A DNA stretch of 64,000 nucleotides from the human T2T-CHM13v2.0 reference genome, Homo sapiens. Positions 23,141 through 49,955 of this stretch are shown in pieces; the first letter of the stretch is position 1; every line of letters begins with the position of its first letter. The position numbers and the translations under genes are program-made. The stretch is from assembly GCF_009914755.1 (NCBI RefSeq), contig NC_060947.1; one strand, given 5' to 3'. The notes beneath the pieces were generated by a model. It had not been told where the DNA came from. It saw only the letters and a program-made list of their open reading frames with translations, and made no database searches.

Positions 23141-24406
23141 AATAGAGAATAAAAGGTTTAGAAACAGATACAACTGGCTCTAGGAAAACAACTCAACTGT
23201 TGAGAGCAATAAGTCATATGTACTGACAGCCTATCAAATTGAGATGTTAATAAGAAATCGGCCAACTTTTTTTTTTTTTTTTTTTTTAACAGAAGGTAAG
23301 GAGAATGCAGGTTAACCAGTGGAATTTCAGGTCAGTTCAGTCAAGAGAGTTTTGACTATGCCTGTTGGTCTCAAACTTGGTTATCAATTGGAATCACATG
23401 AGCAGCCTTGAAAATTCCAAATACCCAGACAACACCCAAGAGTAGTTAAATCAGAAGCTTTGGTGTCAACATAGTAATCAGGAACTTTGTAATGATCCCA
23501 TTCCGGTGTGCAGCCGAAATTGAGAAGCTCCAGTTTAAGGTCATGGGCCATGAAGCTTTCAAGTTCTGCCACCTCCTCTCAACATTAATGTGTATCAGCT
23601 TTGGGAAACTACATGTAGAAGGTATGAAGAATGGCAGAAAGTATATAAAGGGACAAATCACCACCATTAATTCCACAAATCAGTACAGGTCAGTAGCTAC
23701 AGTTTGGAGAATTTAAAACATTTTCCTCTTTAGTAAGAATTCCTACAAAGAAATGCCCATTTAAAATCCTGATCTATTTCAATTGCTTGCCAGAAATGTT
23801 GTACCAATTTGCACTCTCACCCAAAGTCCCTAAATCCTGACAAACACTGTGAATTGATCATCTTTTTCCTTTTTTCCAATCTGATAATTTAACAGTACTG
23901 GGGTATTGTTTTATTTGCATTTCTGTAAGAACTTTATTTTATTGACTACAAATATTTTACTTTCCAGGATCTATAAAGCAATATAGCAATATAAATAATA
24001 TTATATAAGCATACTCAAACCTTGTTAACCTATCACCGATTATTGCAATACTATTTTTAGATTTTTTCTTCAATTGCAAAAATACTTTATTACTGATTAA
24101 AAATAGTATATATGCACTGATAAAATTTTGATAAATGCAAAGACAAGTAATGAAAATCATCAGCAATAACAATGGCTAAAAGTGGAGTATACATACAAAC
24201 AAATACTTGTTTTGAAACTTTTTTTGGTTTACTCTTAGCATAGTATCTTTTTCCATGTCATGTAGTATTCTAATGTGTGACTTTTGGAGGCTGCATAGTA
24301 TTCTAAAGTAATATGTTTTGAATCCAATATTCTTCAAAAAAATATGGAACAACAGATCTTGGCTTAAATATGAATTTTTTTACATTTCTGTTGTATATAC
24401 TACAAG

Positions 24407-24863
24407 TGGTGGATTGCTACTTTGGTGGTTCCCGATGAACCATAACTCCTGGTATTCACACTTCTGTGGTGTATCCTTCCATATTAACCTCGGGCTCGGC
24501 CAATAAATAGGACATTAGCAAGAATGATGTAAGCAAATGCTTGATAAGTGCTGGCACACTGGAGCTTATGTCTCTTGAAATGCTCACTCTCAGGATCAAA
24601 CCACCATGAAAAGAAACCCAAGCTAGCCACATGGGGAAGAAAAGAGGAAAAGATCACTCCCTCTCAACCTTCCCCACTGGGGAACTAGACATGTGAACAA
24701 AGCCATCTGATTACAACCTCACAGGAGACCCCAACTGAAACCAACCAAAGAACAGCCCAGCAGAGCCCCAGCCAACCAAAGAATCATGAACAAATAAAGT
24801 GGTTACTGTTTTAAGCAGATATGTTTTGGGTTGGTTTGTTACACAGCAAGAGATAAGCAAAAT
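24407..24863 (+). mobile_element. MaLR solo LTR (MLT1-like)
   Basis: 3' end gttactgttttaagc...ttttgggttggtttgttacacagcaagagataa is typical of MLT1. Confidence 0.65.
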
Positions 24864-24891
24864 GTGACAGCATCTAATATGAATACCTGCT

Positions 24892-24933
24892 TTAGATATG
24901 AAAAAGAAACCCTTAGATATGAAAAAGAAACCC
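24892..24933. repeat. 21-bp perfect tandem duplication
   Basis: ttagatatgaaaaagaaaccc repeated twice. Confidence 0.85.
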
Positions 24934-26177
24934 TTAGGATCATAAACTCAAGAAGAATTTTTTGTTTTTATCTAGTCAGATTGCTGAGGTCCTGGCTGTT
25001 TAGATGACTTACAGAAAGAACTTGGGCAGTAGAGTCAAGATATGAATAGTAACCCAGTTTTATTACTAGAGATTTGACTTCGTTGAGCATCAGCTTTCTT
25101 GTGGGCGAGTTAGGTTTTAACAATAGCTGCCTTGCAGGTGTTTTATTTTTAAGCATTATGAATGATGGTGCCTCGAGTTCCATAACAAGATGAAGGCATA
25201 TGCAGATGTGAGTTAACATTTTCATTGGCTGGCCATGTATGTTGAATCCCAAACAAGTGGTCTTCACTACACCTCACCACTCACAAATCTACTTATGAGT
25301 CTCAGATGGTGAGCTAGATGGTCAGTAATACCCACCTCAGGAAAACTGCTTCTGAGTTTACAAGACAGCAGGCGGAACAGCTCAAAGACCAATGCATGCA
25401 TAAATAGTCTTTCCTTTTTTTCACCAGGTCAACTACTCGATTATTTGCACTGGGGGCCTTTTTTCAAAGCATCTGACCTTTTGGACTCGTCTGGTGAAAT
25501 CTAGTATGTACTTAGGACCAGCCTTCAACACAAAGGAAGGTTTTTGTTACATTCGTTTGCATATCCTGTCAAGGATATCTTCAGAACACTTTCATTTCAC
25601 AGTAAAATGAAACTTACGGAAGAACTAAGCAGTGAAGTGCTTCATACTTTCATTTAAAAGGGGAATGAGAAACAAAAGACAAGGTTAATTATGACACCGG
25701 GGCTTTACAATGCTAAAAATATCCTATATACAAAGGGATATGTAGGCTGTGTTCTTTTTCCATGTCATTACAAAGAACAGGCTCAAGGTATCTGCAAATT
25801 TCTAGTAAAAATATTATTACTTGAAAAATGTCCATGGTTGTATCTAACTGAAGGGATTAAAACTTTTAGACTTGTTATACAAATACCATGATACTTGTCA
25901 TCAAAGTCCTCCTTTTCATCAAGCAGACCCTGACTTACAGCATCTGAGAGTGGAAAAAACTAGCATGAACCGTAAGGCAGTGGGATTCATACCTACCTCT
26001 CACTCACACGTTCATCCAAACCAAGCAAGTTGCATAAAGCAACCTGAGACTTTATACTTCCACATGCTGGCAACACAGCATTAACTAGACTCGGGCAACT
26101 TGTTTAAGGGGTTTATTTAGGTTCCTATCAGTAAAGAGGTGTTTTTCCAGCTTTGGGAGAATATGTATGATGCCAAG

Positions 26178-26923
26178 TTTTTTTTTTTTTAAGTTTAAAT
26201 ACTTTTATAAGTTTAATGTTGGCATTGGATGTTTACATATTAACTGGTACAATTTACATCGGTTTTATACTTACCTATTTTTGCAAAGATGTCATGTACA
26301 CAAAGATACATATTCAATAACTGAGAAACAAGTGAAACTTCTGATCTATACTTTCAGGTTTGTTTCATAAAGATATTTCTGATAAGGATTATCAGCATAC
26401 AAGTTTCACCTCTTCCAGAAGGACACTGTCATTTTATCTAAGAGTTTACTCTGGGTTTTATTGCAGAACACAAATTCCCTCAATTGCTTTTTTCTTGCAG
26501 GTGTCTTTTTCCAGAATTTTTCTTATAACCAGCCTTTCTCCTCACCCAAAGGCCAGAATGAAGTCGAAAAAACCTATAGATAACAGCTTTCACAGTTGTT
26601 CTCTTGCCTTTTTGTGTACTGACGTATATTACAGTTCTGACTGGCAGCTTCAGGACACTTGGAAGCAAGGGGGCCACTCTGTTGGGGATCACTGCAGTAT
26701 GCCCACATGTCAGGTTTCTGACAGATGTGATCAGCCTGGGAGTGGAGGAAACAAATGGTGTCTGAATATGACTAAAACGTCCAGTAGACAATGCAGAAAT
26801 AAGAGAGGCATTCCTGGCACAGTTTCGGTGGGCTGGAGATGCAAAAATATTCAGGAGCCATAGATTCCTGAAGCTGCTCTCATCGCACCAGCAAAGGCAG
26901 AGGCAGCCATCTTGCCAGCCTGC
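26178..26923 (-). pseudogene. MRPL35P: Processed pseudogene of mitochondrial ribosomal protein L35
   Basis: Intronless, ATG at 26910 to TAG at 26346. [16 protein letters not shown] then a frameshift, then [19 protein letters not shown]...LKLPVR...[12 protein letters not shown] then a second frameshift. ATTAAA at 26217-26212, poly(A) at 26190-26178, TSD tatgatgccaagttt at 26166-26180 and 26924-26938. Confidence 0.95.
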
Positions 26924-26940
26924 TATGATGCCAAGTTTCT

Positions 26941-27288
<348 letters not shown>

Positions 27289-27451
27289 TCAAATGGCAGA
27301 GCCGGGACTCAAATCTAGGTCTTCTGTCCACGACCATATCTTTGTTCAATCACCACTCTGGATGCTGATCAAGTCTGACCTTCCTTTTCATTTCAGAGCA
27401 TTCACCCCAGGAATCCTTCAATGTTTAAATCTCTAGATTAAAATATGGTAC

Positions 27452-27595
27452 TGCTGGGCATGGTGGCTCACTCCTATAATCTAAAAAAATTGGGAGGCTA
27501 AGGTGGGAGGATTGCTTGAGACCAGGAGATCAAGGCCAGTGTGGAAAACATAGTGAGACCCTGTTTCTAAAAATAAATAAGTAAAATAGAATAAA
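27452..27595 (+). mobile_element. Alu monomer (FLAM-like)
   Basis: Single Alu arm with A-rich tail; flanking aaaatatgg repeats. Confidence 0.75.
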
Positions 27596-27609
27596 ATATG
27601 GCACTAAAC

Positions 27610-27715
27610 TAGGGTGGCCAGATAAAATACAGGACACCCAATTAAATTTGAATTTCAGATAATAAATAATTTTTTAGTAGAAGCATGTCCCGATTTGCTA
27701 AATTTGGCAACCCTA
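27610..27715. mobile_element. hAT MITE (MER53-like)
   Basis: TIRs tagggtggccaga / tttggcaacccta; 8-bp TSD cactaaac. Confidence 0.7.
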
Positions 27716-28358
27716 CACTAAACCTTACCTACCCACCAAGGGCTGTTCCCAGTCCTCCTCATTTCCACCTAAAAAGAAAGGAGAAATACAACAAGACCTA
27801 GAAAACAAAGTGTGAGTTGCCCCAGCCAGTGAGAGGCCAGTTCTCAAAAGATAAAGAGAAGAACTGTATCCTCTCCATCCAGTGATCTCTCTTGAGCTAA
27901 TTTACAGATGGGGGACTAGACCAATAACGTAGGATCTTCTGTGCCATCACTCAGACTGGGGTAGTTCACTGGAGCCACAGCTAACTCTTCAGAAGAAGAT
28001 CTTTCGGAGGCCCAAGGCTATTTATCGCACTAGTGCTTGCAATACCAAAGATCAGAAACAACCCAAATGTCCGTTAGAGAAATGGTTAAGTAAATTGTGA
28101 AACTTCTAGAAAATGGGATGTTTTCCAGCTATGAGAAAAAAAAAATGCAGATGCTCCTGAGATAAAGGTATAGAAGGAACTGCAAATGAAAAAAACAAGA
28201 GAGTAAGAGAGTATATGCTAACGAAGTATGACAAAGGCAGGGCCAGAAGAATATGTTTTTATTTGCTAGTATGCCTAAAGAAACTCTGGAAAGATAAGCA
28301 AGGAACTAATAAGAATGGTTTCTTGTGGGGATGGGTGTGGGATTGGGTGGATGGTCTA

Positions 28359-29327
<969 letters not shown>

Positions 29328-29494
29328 GTACACAGTCTCTGTCTCTCTCTCTCTCTCTCTGTCCCACACACCCCATATCTTTCTATTCAGCTCTATGTAA
29401 GAATTCTGTACCACACAAATATGTATTAAAATGAAATAAAAAATAAAAAAGGCCTTTGCTTTATATTTGCCTAACCAAAAGCTCCATTCAATCT

Positions 29495-29670
29495 GCTTTT
29501 CTTTCCTTCTTTGTTTCCTTCCTTCTTTTCTTCTTTCTTTTCTCCTGTCCTTCATTCTTTCCTTTCCTTCCTTTCTGCCGGCCTGCCTTGTCTCCCTCCC
29601 TCCCCACCCTTTCTTTCCTTCTCTCTTTCTTTCCTTCACTCTCTCCCTTTCTTCCTTTGTTTCTCTGTCT
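29495..29670. repeat. CT-rich low-complexity tract
   Basis: Mixed (TTC/CTTC/CT)n. Confidence 0.85.
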
Positions 29671-30275
29671 CTAGTTTTCCATTTACTACGTAGAAGTTCT
29701 TACCATATGACTATGTATTTTCCAGCAAAATTGAAGAAAAAGTTAAAAAGCTATTGCCCTATATTTGCCAACTAAAAGCCCCATTCAAAATGTCTCAAGG
29801 GGAGAGAGAGAAGAAAAGCAAAAGAAACAAAGAATACAACTAACTTCACTGCCTCACTCTCTATTAAGGAGACAGAAAATTCTCATAGCTTTTAAACAAC
29901 AGTGTCAGGTTTGGTGTGTTTTTCTGTTGTTCAGCTTTAACACAGCAGTGTTTCAAAACCTTAAGGCTTTGTCCTAGAAGAAAATGTTCCTGTTTGAACA
30001 TATAAAACAATCCAGCATATAACTAGAAATACAGGTCTGCCAATCATGGTAACACTTTTGTGACAAAACTTAAAGTTATCTTTGGCGGTGATATACATTT
30101 TTAAGAAGTTATTACATATGCAAAGATTGTAGAGAAATTACAGAGACACAATCAAACTCACTATGTAAACACTGAGTAGTTCTTGAATCAGAAAGAAAAT
30201 AAAGCTATAAAAGATATTTTGGGGACAAATTGAAAAAATGTGAATACAGAATCTATATGAGATATTACAAATTAT

Positions 30276-36695
<6,420 letters not shown>

Positions 36696-37401
36696 ATATT
36701 ACAAATTATGAATTCTCTTAGGTGTCATCCTTATTTCAGGAGATACAGGATTAAGTGTTTAGGGTTAAAATGTCGTGTTGTCTGCAACATTTTAATGATT
36801 AGGGAAATAAATACATTATATACACATACAAAAAAGTAAAACCAATGTGGCTCACTATCAACAATTGTTGAATTCAGACAGCTATATGGGCTGCATTGTG
36901 CAATTGTTTCAATTTTTCAATATATCTGAAAATTTTTTAAGTAAAAAGTTGGGAAGAAAAAAGATTTTCTTTTAAAAACTAGTATATTAATATAAATGAA
37001 TTCAAGTAGAATGATATAATCAGTTATTAGAAAATCAATTACCACTCAGCTATTGAATCCACCATACTGAGTTAAGAAGAACTTAGTATCTTTTGAATAA
37101 GAAAACATAGGCTTTATTGATGCTTGACTACTAGACAAGTTGCAACTCCTAGTAAATTCAACCAGCTAGTGACTGTAATTAGATGACTGATCACGTCAAT
37201 CAATTAATCTGCCTAATGATCGACCTCTGAAAATTGGCCTAATTAATTGTTCTTATTTTCATGATCACTTTCATTTTCATCATCATAAAGAGTGATCTCT
37301 TAAGTACCTAGAATGGATCCTGAGGACAACACATTCTTAACTCAAGGGGTCTGCAATATCAGTGTGGGAACTAGGAGATATGAATGAAACATAAATAACC
37401 A

Positions 37402-37704
37402 GGCTGAGTGTGGTGGCTTGTGTCTATAATCCCAGCACTTTGGGAGGCTGAGGTGGGTGGATCACCTGGGGTCAGGAGTTTGAGAACAGCCTAGCCAACA
37501 TAGTGAAACCCCATCTCTAGTAAAAATACAAAAATAAGCTAGGTGTGGTGGTGTGCACCTGTAGTCCCAGATACTCAGGAGGCTGAGGCACGAGAATTGC
37601 TTGAATCTGGGAGGTGGAGGTTGCAGCAAGCCAAGATGACACCACTACACTCCAGTCTGGGGACAGAGCGAGACTCTGGCCCCAAACAAACAAACAAACA
37701 AACA
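37402..37704 (+). mobile_element. AluS
   Basis: Full Alu with (CAAA)n tail; TSD cataaataacca. Confidence 0.9.
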
Positions 37705-37998
37705 ACCATAAATAACCATGCAAGAAAGCATAATATATATGCTAAATTCATAATTTCATAATCTCTTGGGATCTTAGCATATAAAACCTGGGTGTGTCTT
37801 TATTGATCATACAGCCTCATCCCTCACTTTAAAGATAAATGGTTTATTTTTATGTAGTCAAATTTTTCAGTGTTTTCTTTAAGACTCTGGGATTGTTGCT
37901 GTTGGTTCCTTTTCCTTGTTTGTTTGGTGTTATCGTCATACTTAGCACTACTTTTCTACTTCAAGATTAGAAAAAATATTGACCTATAGTTTCTTTCA

Positions 37999-38105
37999 TA
38001 TATATATATATATATATATATAATTATACTTTAAGTTCTAGGGTACATGTGCACAACATGCAGGTTTGTTACATATGTATAGATGTGCCATGTTGGTGTG
38101 CTGCA
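37999..38105 (-). mobile_element. L1PA 3'-terminal fragment (about 80 bp) with (TA)n tail
   Basis: ttatactttaagttctagggtacatgtgcacaac...gtgtgctgca; covers the same L1 coordinates as 39790-39870. Confidence 0.9.
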
Positions 38106-38332
38106 ACTCCAAAAGAGTCATGCCCATTTGAATTAATTTTGGAAATGTCTGTTTTTCTTTTTGTACTTGGTTCATAGCAACTGCCCTAGGGCACCAACCA
38201 TCCAGGGAAACTTTGATGCATCTTACACTTTGGTCCTGATGAGAGGGAGGCATAAATGAGAAAAGCTCTTATTCTGCAGTTAATACAGAGCAAGCGGCTG
38301 AGTTTGAAGCAGCCATGGAGAACATTCTAGAA

Positions 38333-38537
38333 CAGGGTTGTCTAGTCGTTTGGCTCCCTTGGGTCACATTGGAAGAAGAATTGTCTTGGGGCCACACATA
38401 AAATACACTAACAATCGCTGATGAGCTTAAAAAAAAATCTCATAATATTTAAAGAATGTTTACAAATTTGTGTTGGGCCGCATTCAAAGCTGTCCTGGGC
38501 TGCATGTGGCCCATGGGTGGTGGGTTGGACAAGTTTC
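38333..38537 (+). mobile_element. MER30-like DNA transposon fossil
   Basis: ggaagaagaattgtcttggggccacacataaaatacactaac...ttgggccgcattcaaagctgtcctggg...ggttggacaag; flanked by tctagaa. Confidence 0.75.
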
Positions 38538-38825
38538 CTCTAGAATCAACAAAATTCTGCAATTCCGTGTGCTAACAGAAGAGCCTTACCAGTTGTGGTG
38601 ACAGGCTAGACAGCCAGGTAGAGAATTCAATAGGAGCGGAAATAACTGTCCACGAACAGCGTAGGGCCTGACAATCTGAAAGAAGCAATATTCTACCTAG
38701 TTCGAAGATCTTAAGCTTACACAGAAAGGGCACTTACACTGATACAGAAACAAAACTATGCAGAATCCAATCAAATGATTAACTTAGGTGGGGTTTGCAG
38801 TCTTTTTGTAGAAGAAGAAAGGATT

Positions 38826-39208
<383 letters not shown>

Positions 39209-39784
39209 CTATGGGTTTACCAGTAGCAGCTAGGTACATAGGTTTAGAGTAACCCATTCAGGTTCCTCAGAAGGACCTGATGAGCTCTTGGCTGAAATCA
39301 CTGATTGTTCAAAACCTGCAGGATACTGAGAAGGCAAACCCCAAATTTCATGGGATAAAATGACAGTTTGTACGAGAAAAATCACCTTAGATGTCTACCT
39401 TTCCAAGTCTCAGCACCCAGTTAAAATCTCTAATTAAAAGTCATCTCAGTAACTGAGGTTGCCTTTCACTTCCCGAATGCCCAAACATTTTTCAACTCTG
39501 GGAACCTTTAAAAATGAGAACAGAAATAACCAAGACACTTAAAAACATTGTATCGATGTTTCCTGGTTAAGGCATCTGCACAAACTTGGGGTTGTATATG
39601 CTTGAATAGTTAAGAGAAATATAGCCTATTAAGACAATAGCTTGTGACTCCCAGATAAAGTATATAATTGAGTGATGGATCTTTTCAAGTTGAAATCTAA
39701 ATAATTTATGTGGACACTTAGAAATTTAATAAAACAAAACTAGTTTTGTTTCACCATACTTCTTTTTCCTCTCTCAAAAAAAAA

Positions 39785-45917
<6,133 letters not shown>

Positions 45918-46010
45918 CCTACAGTTTCTTTCAATACTTTTCATGTTCAATGTCTTACACTTAAATTTTTCAACTACATGAAATTTATTTTGATATAAGA
46001 AATGAGGTTG

Positions 46011-46338
<328 letters not shown>

Positions 46339-46874
46339 TTAAAAACTCCAAGCCAGTTGCCCAATAATCCATTTTGCCATTGATGTGACTTGAAACTAAA
46401 CACCCATATGTGCTTTTACTTAATTCTGCTCACTTCTCAGTTTCACTGATGCACTGGTACTATGCCATTGGAGGCAATACAGCATTCTAATGCATTTACA
46501 GATATGGAAGAGAAATCCTCCCCTTTTATTTTCATTCAGAAATTGCCTGGCTATTCTCACATGTGGTCTTACCCCAGTCAGACCCAACACCTCACTTTTA
46601 TAACAAATATTTGGTAATGCACCCTTTGTTATATGAAAGGAGATATTTGTGGATAATGTAACCCCAGTCTTCATGATAAACAAAAAGGCCCAGCTGATTT
46701 CCAAAATGCACCCCAGTTTAGAATCAGTCTGGCAAGTATCACATGAAATCCTATTGGTATTTGATTGGGATCACACAGCATTTGCAAATCAATTTAAGCA
46801 ACATTTCTATTTTTACAATATTGTGGCCTCTAGCCCCAATAACAATTATTTCTCTTCATTTACTTATATCTTTG

Positions 46875-47312
46875 TGTCTGGGCAGGGTCCTGCCAGGAAA
46901 CAGACGGCATGTTAAAGTGAGAAACTGATGAGTTCAGCAAAGTGACTATTTATATATTTGGACAGGATTTAAGGAAGTAAGAAAGGATGATGCAACACTT
47001 CAGAGGGGAGTCTTTCCGACCTCAGGCTGAAGGAGAAGGAACGATTACTGGAATTCAGGGAGGAGAGCATCACCAAACAAGAGCTTCATTAGAGGACTGC
47101 AGCCAACGCAGGGCCAGGCGGAGGGAGCCAGAGGGAGGCAGGCTCTGCTCTCCCTCTTCCTGCCCTTCAGTTTCCAACCACGGCCTCCTATTGGCCAAAC
47201 CCAACCAGAAGCCAGCGAGCAAGGGGCTACTGATGAAGCACATATAGCTCAGCCTCCAGAGACACAGAACAGGATAAAAGGCTGAGACAGTGGGTCTGGT
47301 GGGGCAAAGAGA
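46875..47312 (-). mobile_element. Old ERVL-type LTR (LTR33/LTR41-like)
   Basis: attggccaaacccaaccagaagccag...tcagcctcc motifs typical of old ERVL LTRs; family assignment tentative. Confidence 0.5.
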
Positions 47313-48121
47313 AAGCTTGCACCTGCCAGGTAAAGCATTATAGTCCCCATCCTCCCCCCACCACCTTAGTTCTTGTGCATTTCCCATCAGTTTTCTTCCA
47401 AAGCATTTCAGATCTCACTGATTTGAATGGGACCTCTTCTTCTATTACCAATTTGGATCAGTAATTATTTATGTATGAGAAAACTATTGATTTTTACATA
47501 TCGTTGCATAGCAGAGTGGTTTAATAAGGAGACATTTGGTTTTTACTGCCTGTGTGGGTATCACTTGCTATGTGACTTGAGGCAAATCCAATATTTCTTC
47601 TGTTATAAATTCCAGTATTTGTAAAAAATGGGTAATAAGATCTCTATTTTATATAGTTTTAGTATTTAATGAGATAATACATATAAAGTCATTAAAACAG
47701 TGTCTGGCTCATAAAAAACCCTCAATAAATGTCACTTATTACTGTATCTGGTTTTTGAGCTGCTCTATTGCACCATTGAGTTTTCAGCCCAGTATATGTT
47801 AACCCTGATCATTATCTGCAGAAGTCCCCGTGCCACACTCTACATCATCCAAATTCTCTCCAGGTGGACTAAGTAGATTAAAGAACTTTAAACATAACTA
47901 CCATATTTTGGCTCTATCTACAAAATGTCCAATAATCAGTTAAGAAAGGAACAATTCTCTTGGGGCCCACACTTTGAGAAGCAAATGCAGCTGAACTTTT
48001 TTAGAGGAAAGTGAGTGAACCAACTGGTAGCTTTGCCACTGCTTAAAAACCAGCATCCTTTCCAGCTGGGTCTAAGACAGAATAAGGTAAATTTAGATAT
48101 GTCTCTAATATATCTATAGAA

Positions 48122-48322
48122 CAGTGGTTCTCAACCCGGGGTGTTTTTGCCCCTTAGGGGATAATTTGCAATGTCTGGAGACATCTGTGATTGTCATAAC
48201 TGGAAGGGGGCAGTGCTATTGGCATCTAGTGGGTATAGAGCAAGGGTGCTACCAAATATCCTATGGTGCAACAGAGAATTATCTGGTCAAAAATGTAAAT
48301 AGTGCTGAGGGTGAGAAACCCT
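48122..48322 (+). mobile_element. MER20-like fossil just upstream of the TLR7 promoter
   Basis: cagtggttctcaaccc...gcaatgtctggagacat...ggcatctagtggg...tgagaaaccctg. Confidence 0.75.
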
Positions 48323-48394
48323 GCTATAAAAACGAAAGAAATTTGGTCTACAGAGTTGTTTGGATTTAGACAAGACGTTGCCCCAATAGTGGTG

Positions 48395-48549
48395 ATAGAA
48401 ATAAGAGGAACCCCGTGCTTTTGCAAAGCCCATATCTGGGGTGGCTTAAATAATCATGCTCCTCCCCATCCCCCGACCTGATCTTTGTAGTTGGAAACTC
48501 CAGGGCTGGCTGCCTGTAGTCTTTGTGACTACACTTCCTGCCTCCCATC
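48395..48549 (+). promoter_or_regulatory. TLR7: TLR7 proximal promoter (ETS/PU.1-type motifs, no evident TATA box)
   Basis: ataagaggaac at 48401-48411 and cacttcctg at 48532-48540, immediately upstream of exon 1. Confidence 0.6.
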
Positions 48550-48601
48550 ACTTCATCTCAGAAGACTCCAGATATAGGATCACTCCATGCCATCAAGAAA
48601 G
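48550..48601 (+). other. TLR7: TLR7 exon 1 (5' UTR; start approximate)
   Basis: GAAGACTCCAGATATAGGATCACTCCATGCCATCAAGAAAG recognised as the TLR7 mRNA leader; donor AAG|gtattt. Confidence 0.9.
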
Positions 48602-48958
48602 GTATTTTAAACATTGGAACACATATAGATAATTTAAGTAGGTAGATGTATGTGCTGTTATAAGGAAGTGGGGAGGAGAGAAGAGGGAACCGAAATCATA
48701 TGCACAAAAATTTTTTTTAGAATATAAATAAAAAATGTGGTAGTCTAAAATGTCAATTCTTCAAAGATAAAGTTAGGCTTTCAGTAACGTTAGAAATGGT
48801 TTTCTGGAATATGTCTCCAGTCTACCTAACTTTGAGGAAGTAAATACTGTAAATAGATGTTTCAAACGCATTTTAAAGCAATGATCCTAGCATGTCTTTA
48901 AGCTACAGTATTGTGCTGTCTTTGAAATGTAAACTTTGATGTCTTCTCTTTCTCTTAG

Positions 48959-49059
48959 TTGATGCTATTGGGCCCATCTCAAGCTGATCTTGGCACCTCT
49001 CATGCTCTGCTCTCTTCAACCAGACCTCTACATTCCATTTTGGAAGAAGACTAAAAATG
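48959..49059 (+). CDS. TLR7: TLR7 exon 2 (5' UTR plus the initiator ATG at 49057-49059 only); the rest of the CDS is in exon 3, beyond the window
   Basis: Acceptor tctcttag|TTGATGC; exon ends ...GAAGACTAAAAATG|gtaaga. Matches the recalled TLR7 structure with the ATG at the end of exon 2. Confidence 0.9.
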
Positions 49060-49480
49060 GTAAGAACAGCTCAGAGAACCTTAAAAAGTGTTATCTGTAA
49101 TCTTTGTGGAAACAACTGAAACCAGCTGGCAAGAGCAATATTGAAGAATCTGTACTTAGGTTATTTGCTGGGGGAAAGTGCTTCCTGATATTTCACAATT
49201 GGCATTAATGAAGGGGGCATGTCACAATTTCAGATTAATCAACGCTTGCTCTGTTCAACTTCCTACAAGAATTAAATATGTGCTGTGGGGAGGAGGAGCA
49301 GATGTTTGAATTGGGGACATAGCTTCTATGTATCTCATTTCTTCAGCCTACAATTTTGGCTTTAAAGCCATAACAAATCACTGAATTACTGAAGTTACTT
49401 TGTGCTTTTTCCAGCATATGGTGTTGTCTTAATGACTGTGTGGATGAAAGTGTGTGGGCAGGCTCATAGCAATAAAATAC

Positions 49481-49490
49481 GGGAAATCCC
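49481..49490. promoter_or_regulatory. NF-kB consensus site in TLR7 intron 2
   Basis: GGGAAATCCC fits GGGRNWYYCC; motif match only. Confidence 0.45.
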
Positions 49491-49503
49491 CGGGCTTGAG
49501 TGC

Positions 49504-49955
49504 TGTCAAAGAAAACTAAATTTGGACAGTAGATAAAGATACTATCAGGACTATTGCAATCGGCAGAAAGAGACCTCAGTATAGAAAGGGGCTCAATTCC
49601 AAATACAGCCAAAGACCAGTAAAGATTTCTGGCCAAGGAGTAGAGTGGGGGTCAGTGGATGGAAAATTACTAAGAGGAAACATCAAGGGTAAAAGGATTC
49701 TGGCTAAACCGACCTGACAGGATTCTTGCTGAAGACAGGCCAGGGTGATCAGACCTCACCTGTGGATGGTGGGAGATGAGGAATTTGATCAGATATTGAG
49801 GGTGATCACATACCAAGAGGAGTGGATTATCAATAAAATGACTTAGCAGGATTCCTGCTTGAACTGGGCAATGCAAAGATGGACATGAAGCCAAAGGCCG
49901 AAGCCTAGGGGTGTAGTAGAGCCTGATTAAGTTGAATTAAGGAGAGTCTTTGTCA
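49504..49955 (-). mobile_element. ERV1 solo LTR, MER31-like
   Basis: TG...CA termini (tgtcaaag...ctttgtca); reverse homolog of 10594-11058. Confidence 0.7.

Noticed and set aside
25200-26100. Repeat-poor stretch as a possible enhancer or exon (similarly 52790-53450)
   Set aside because: Only scattered short motifs and no recognisable exon or homology; unsupported without conservation or chromatin data.
26360-26863. 167-aa + strand ORF
   Set aside because: Antisense shadow of the MRPL35 pseudogene with no independent coding signal.
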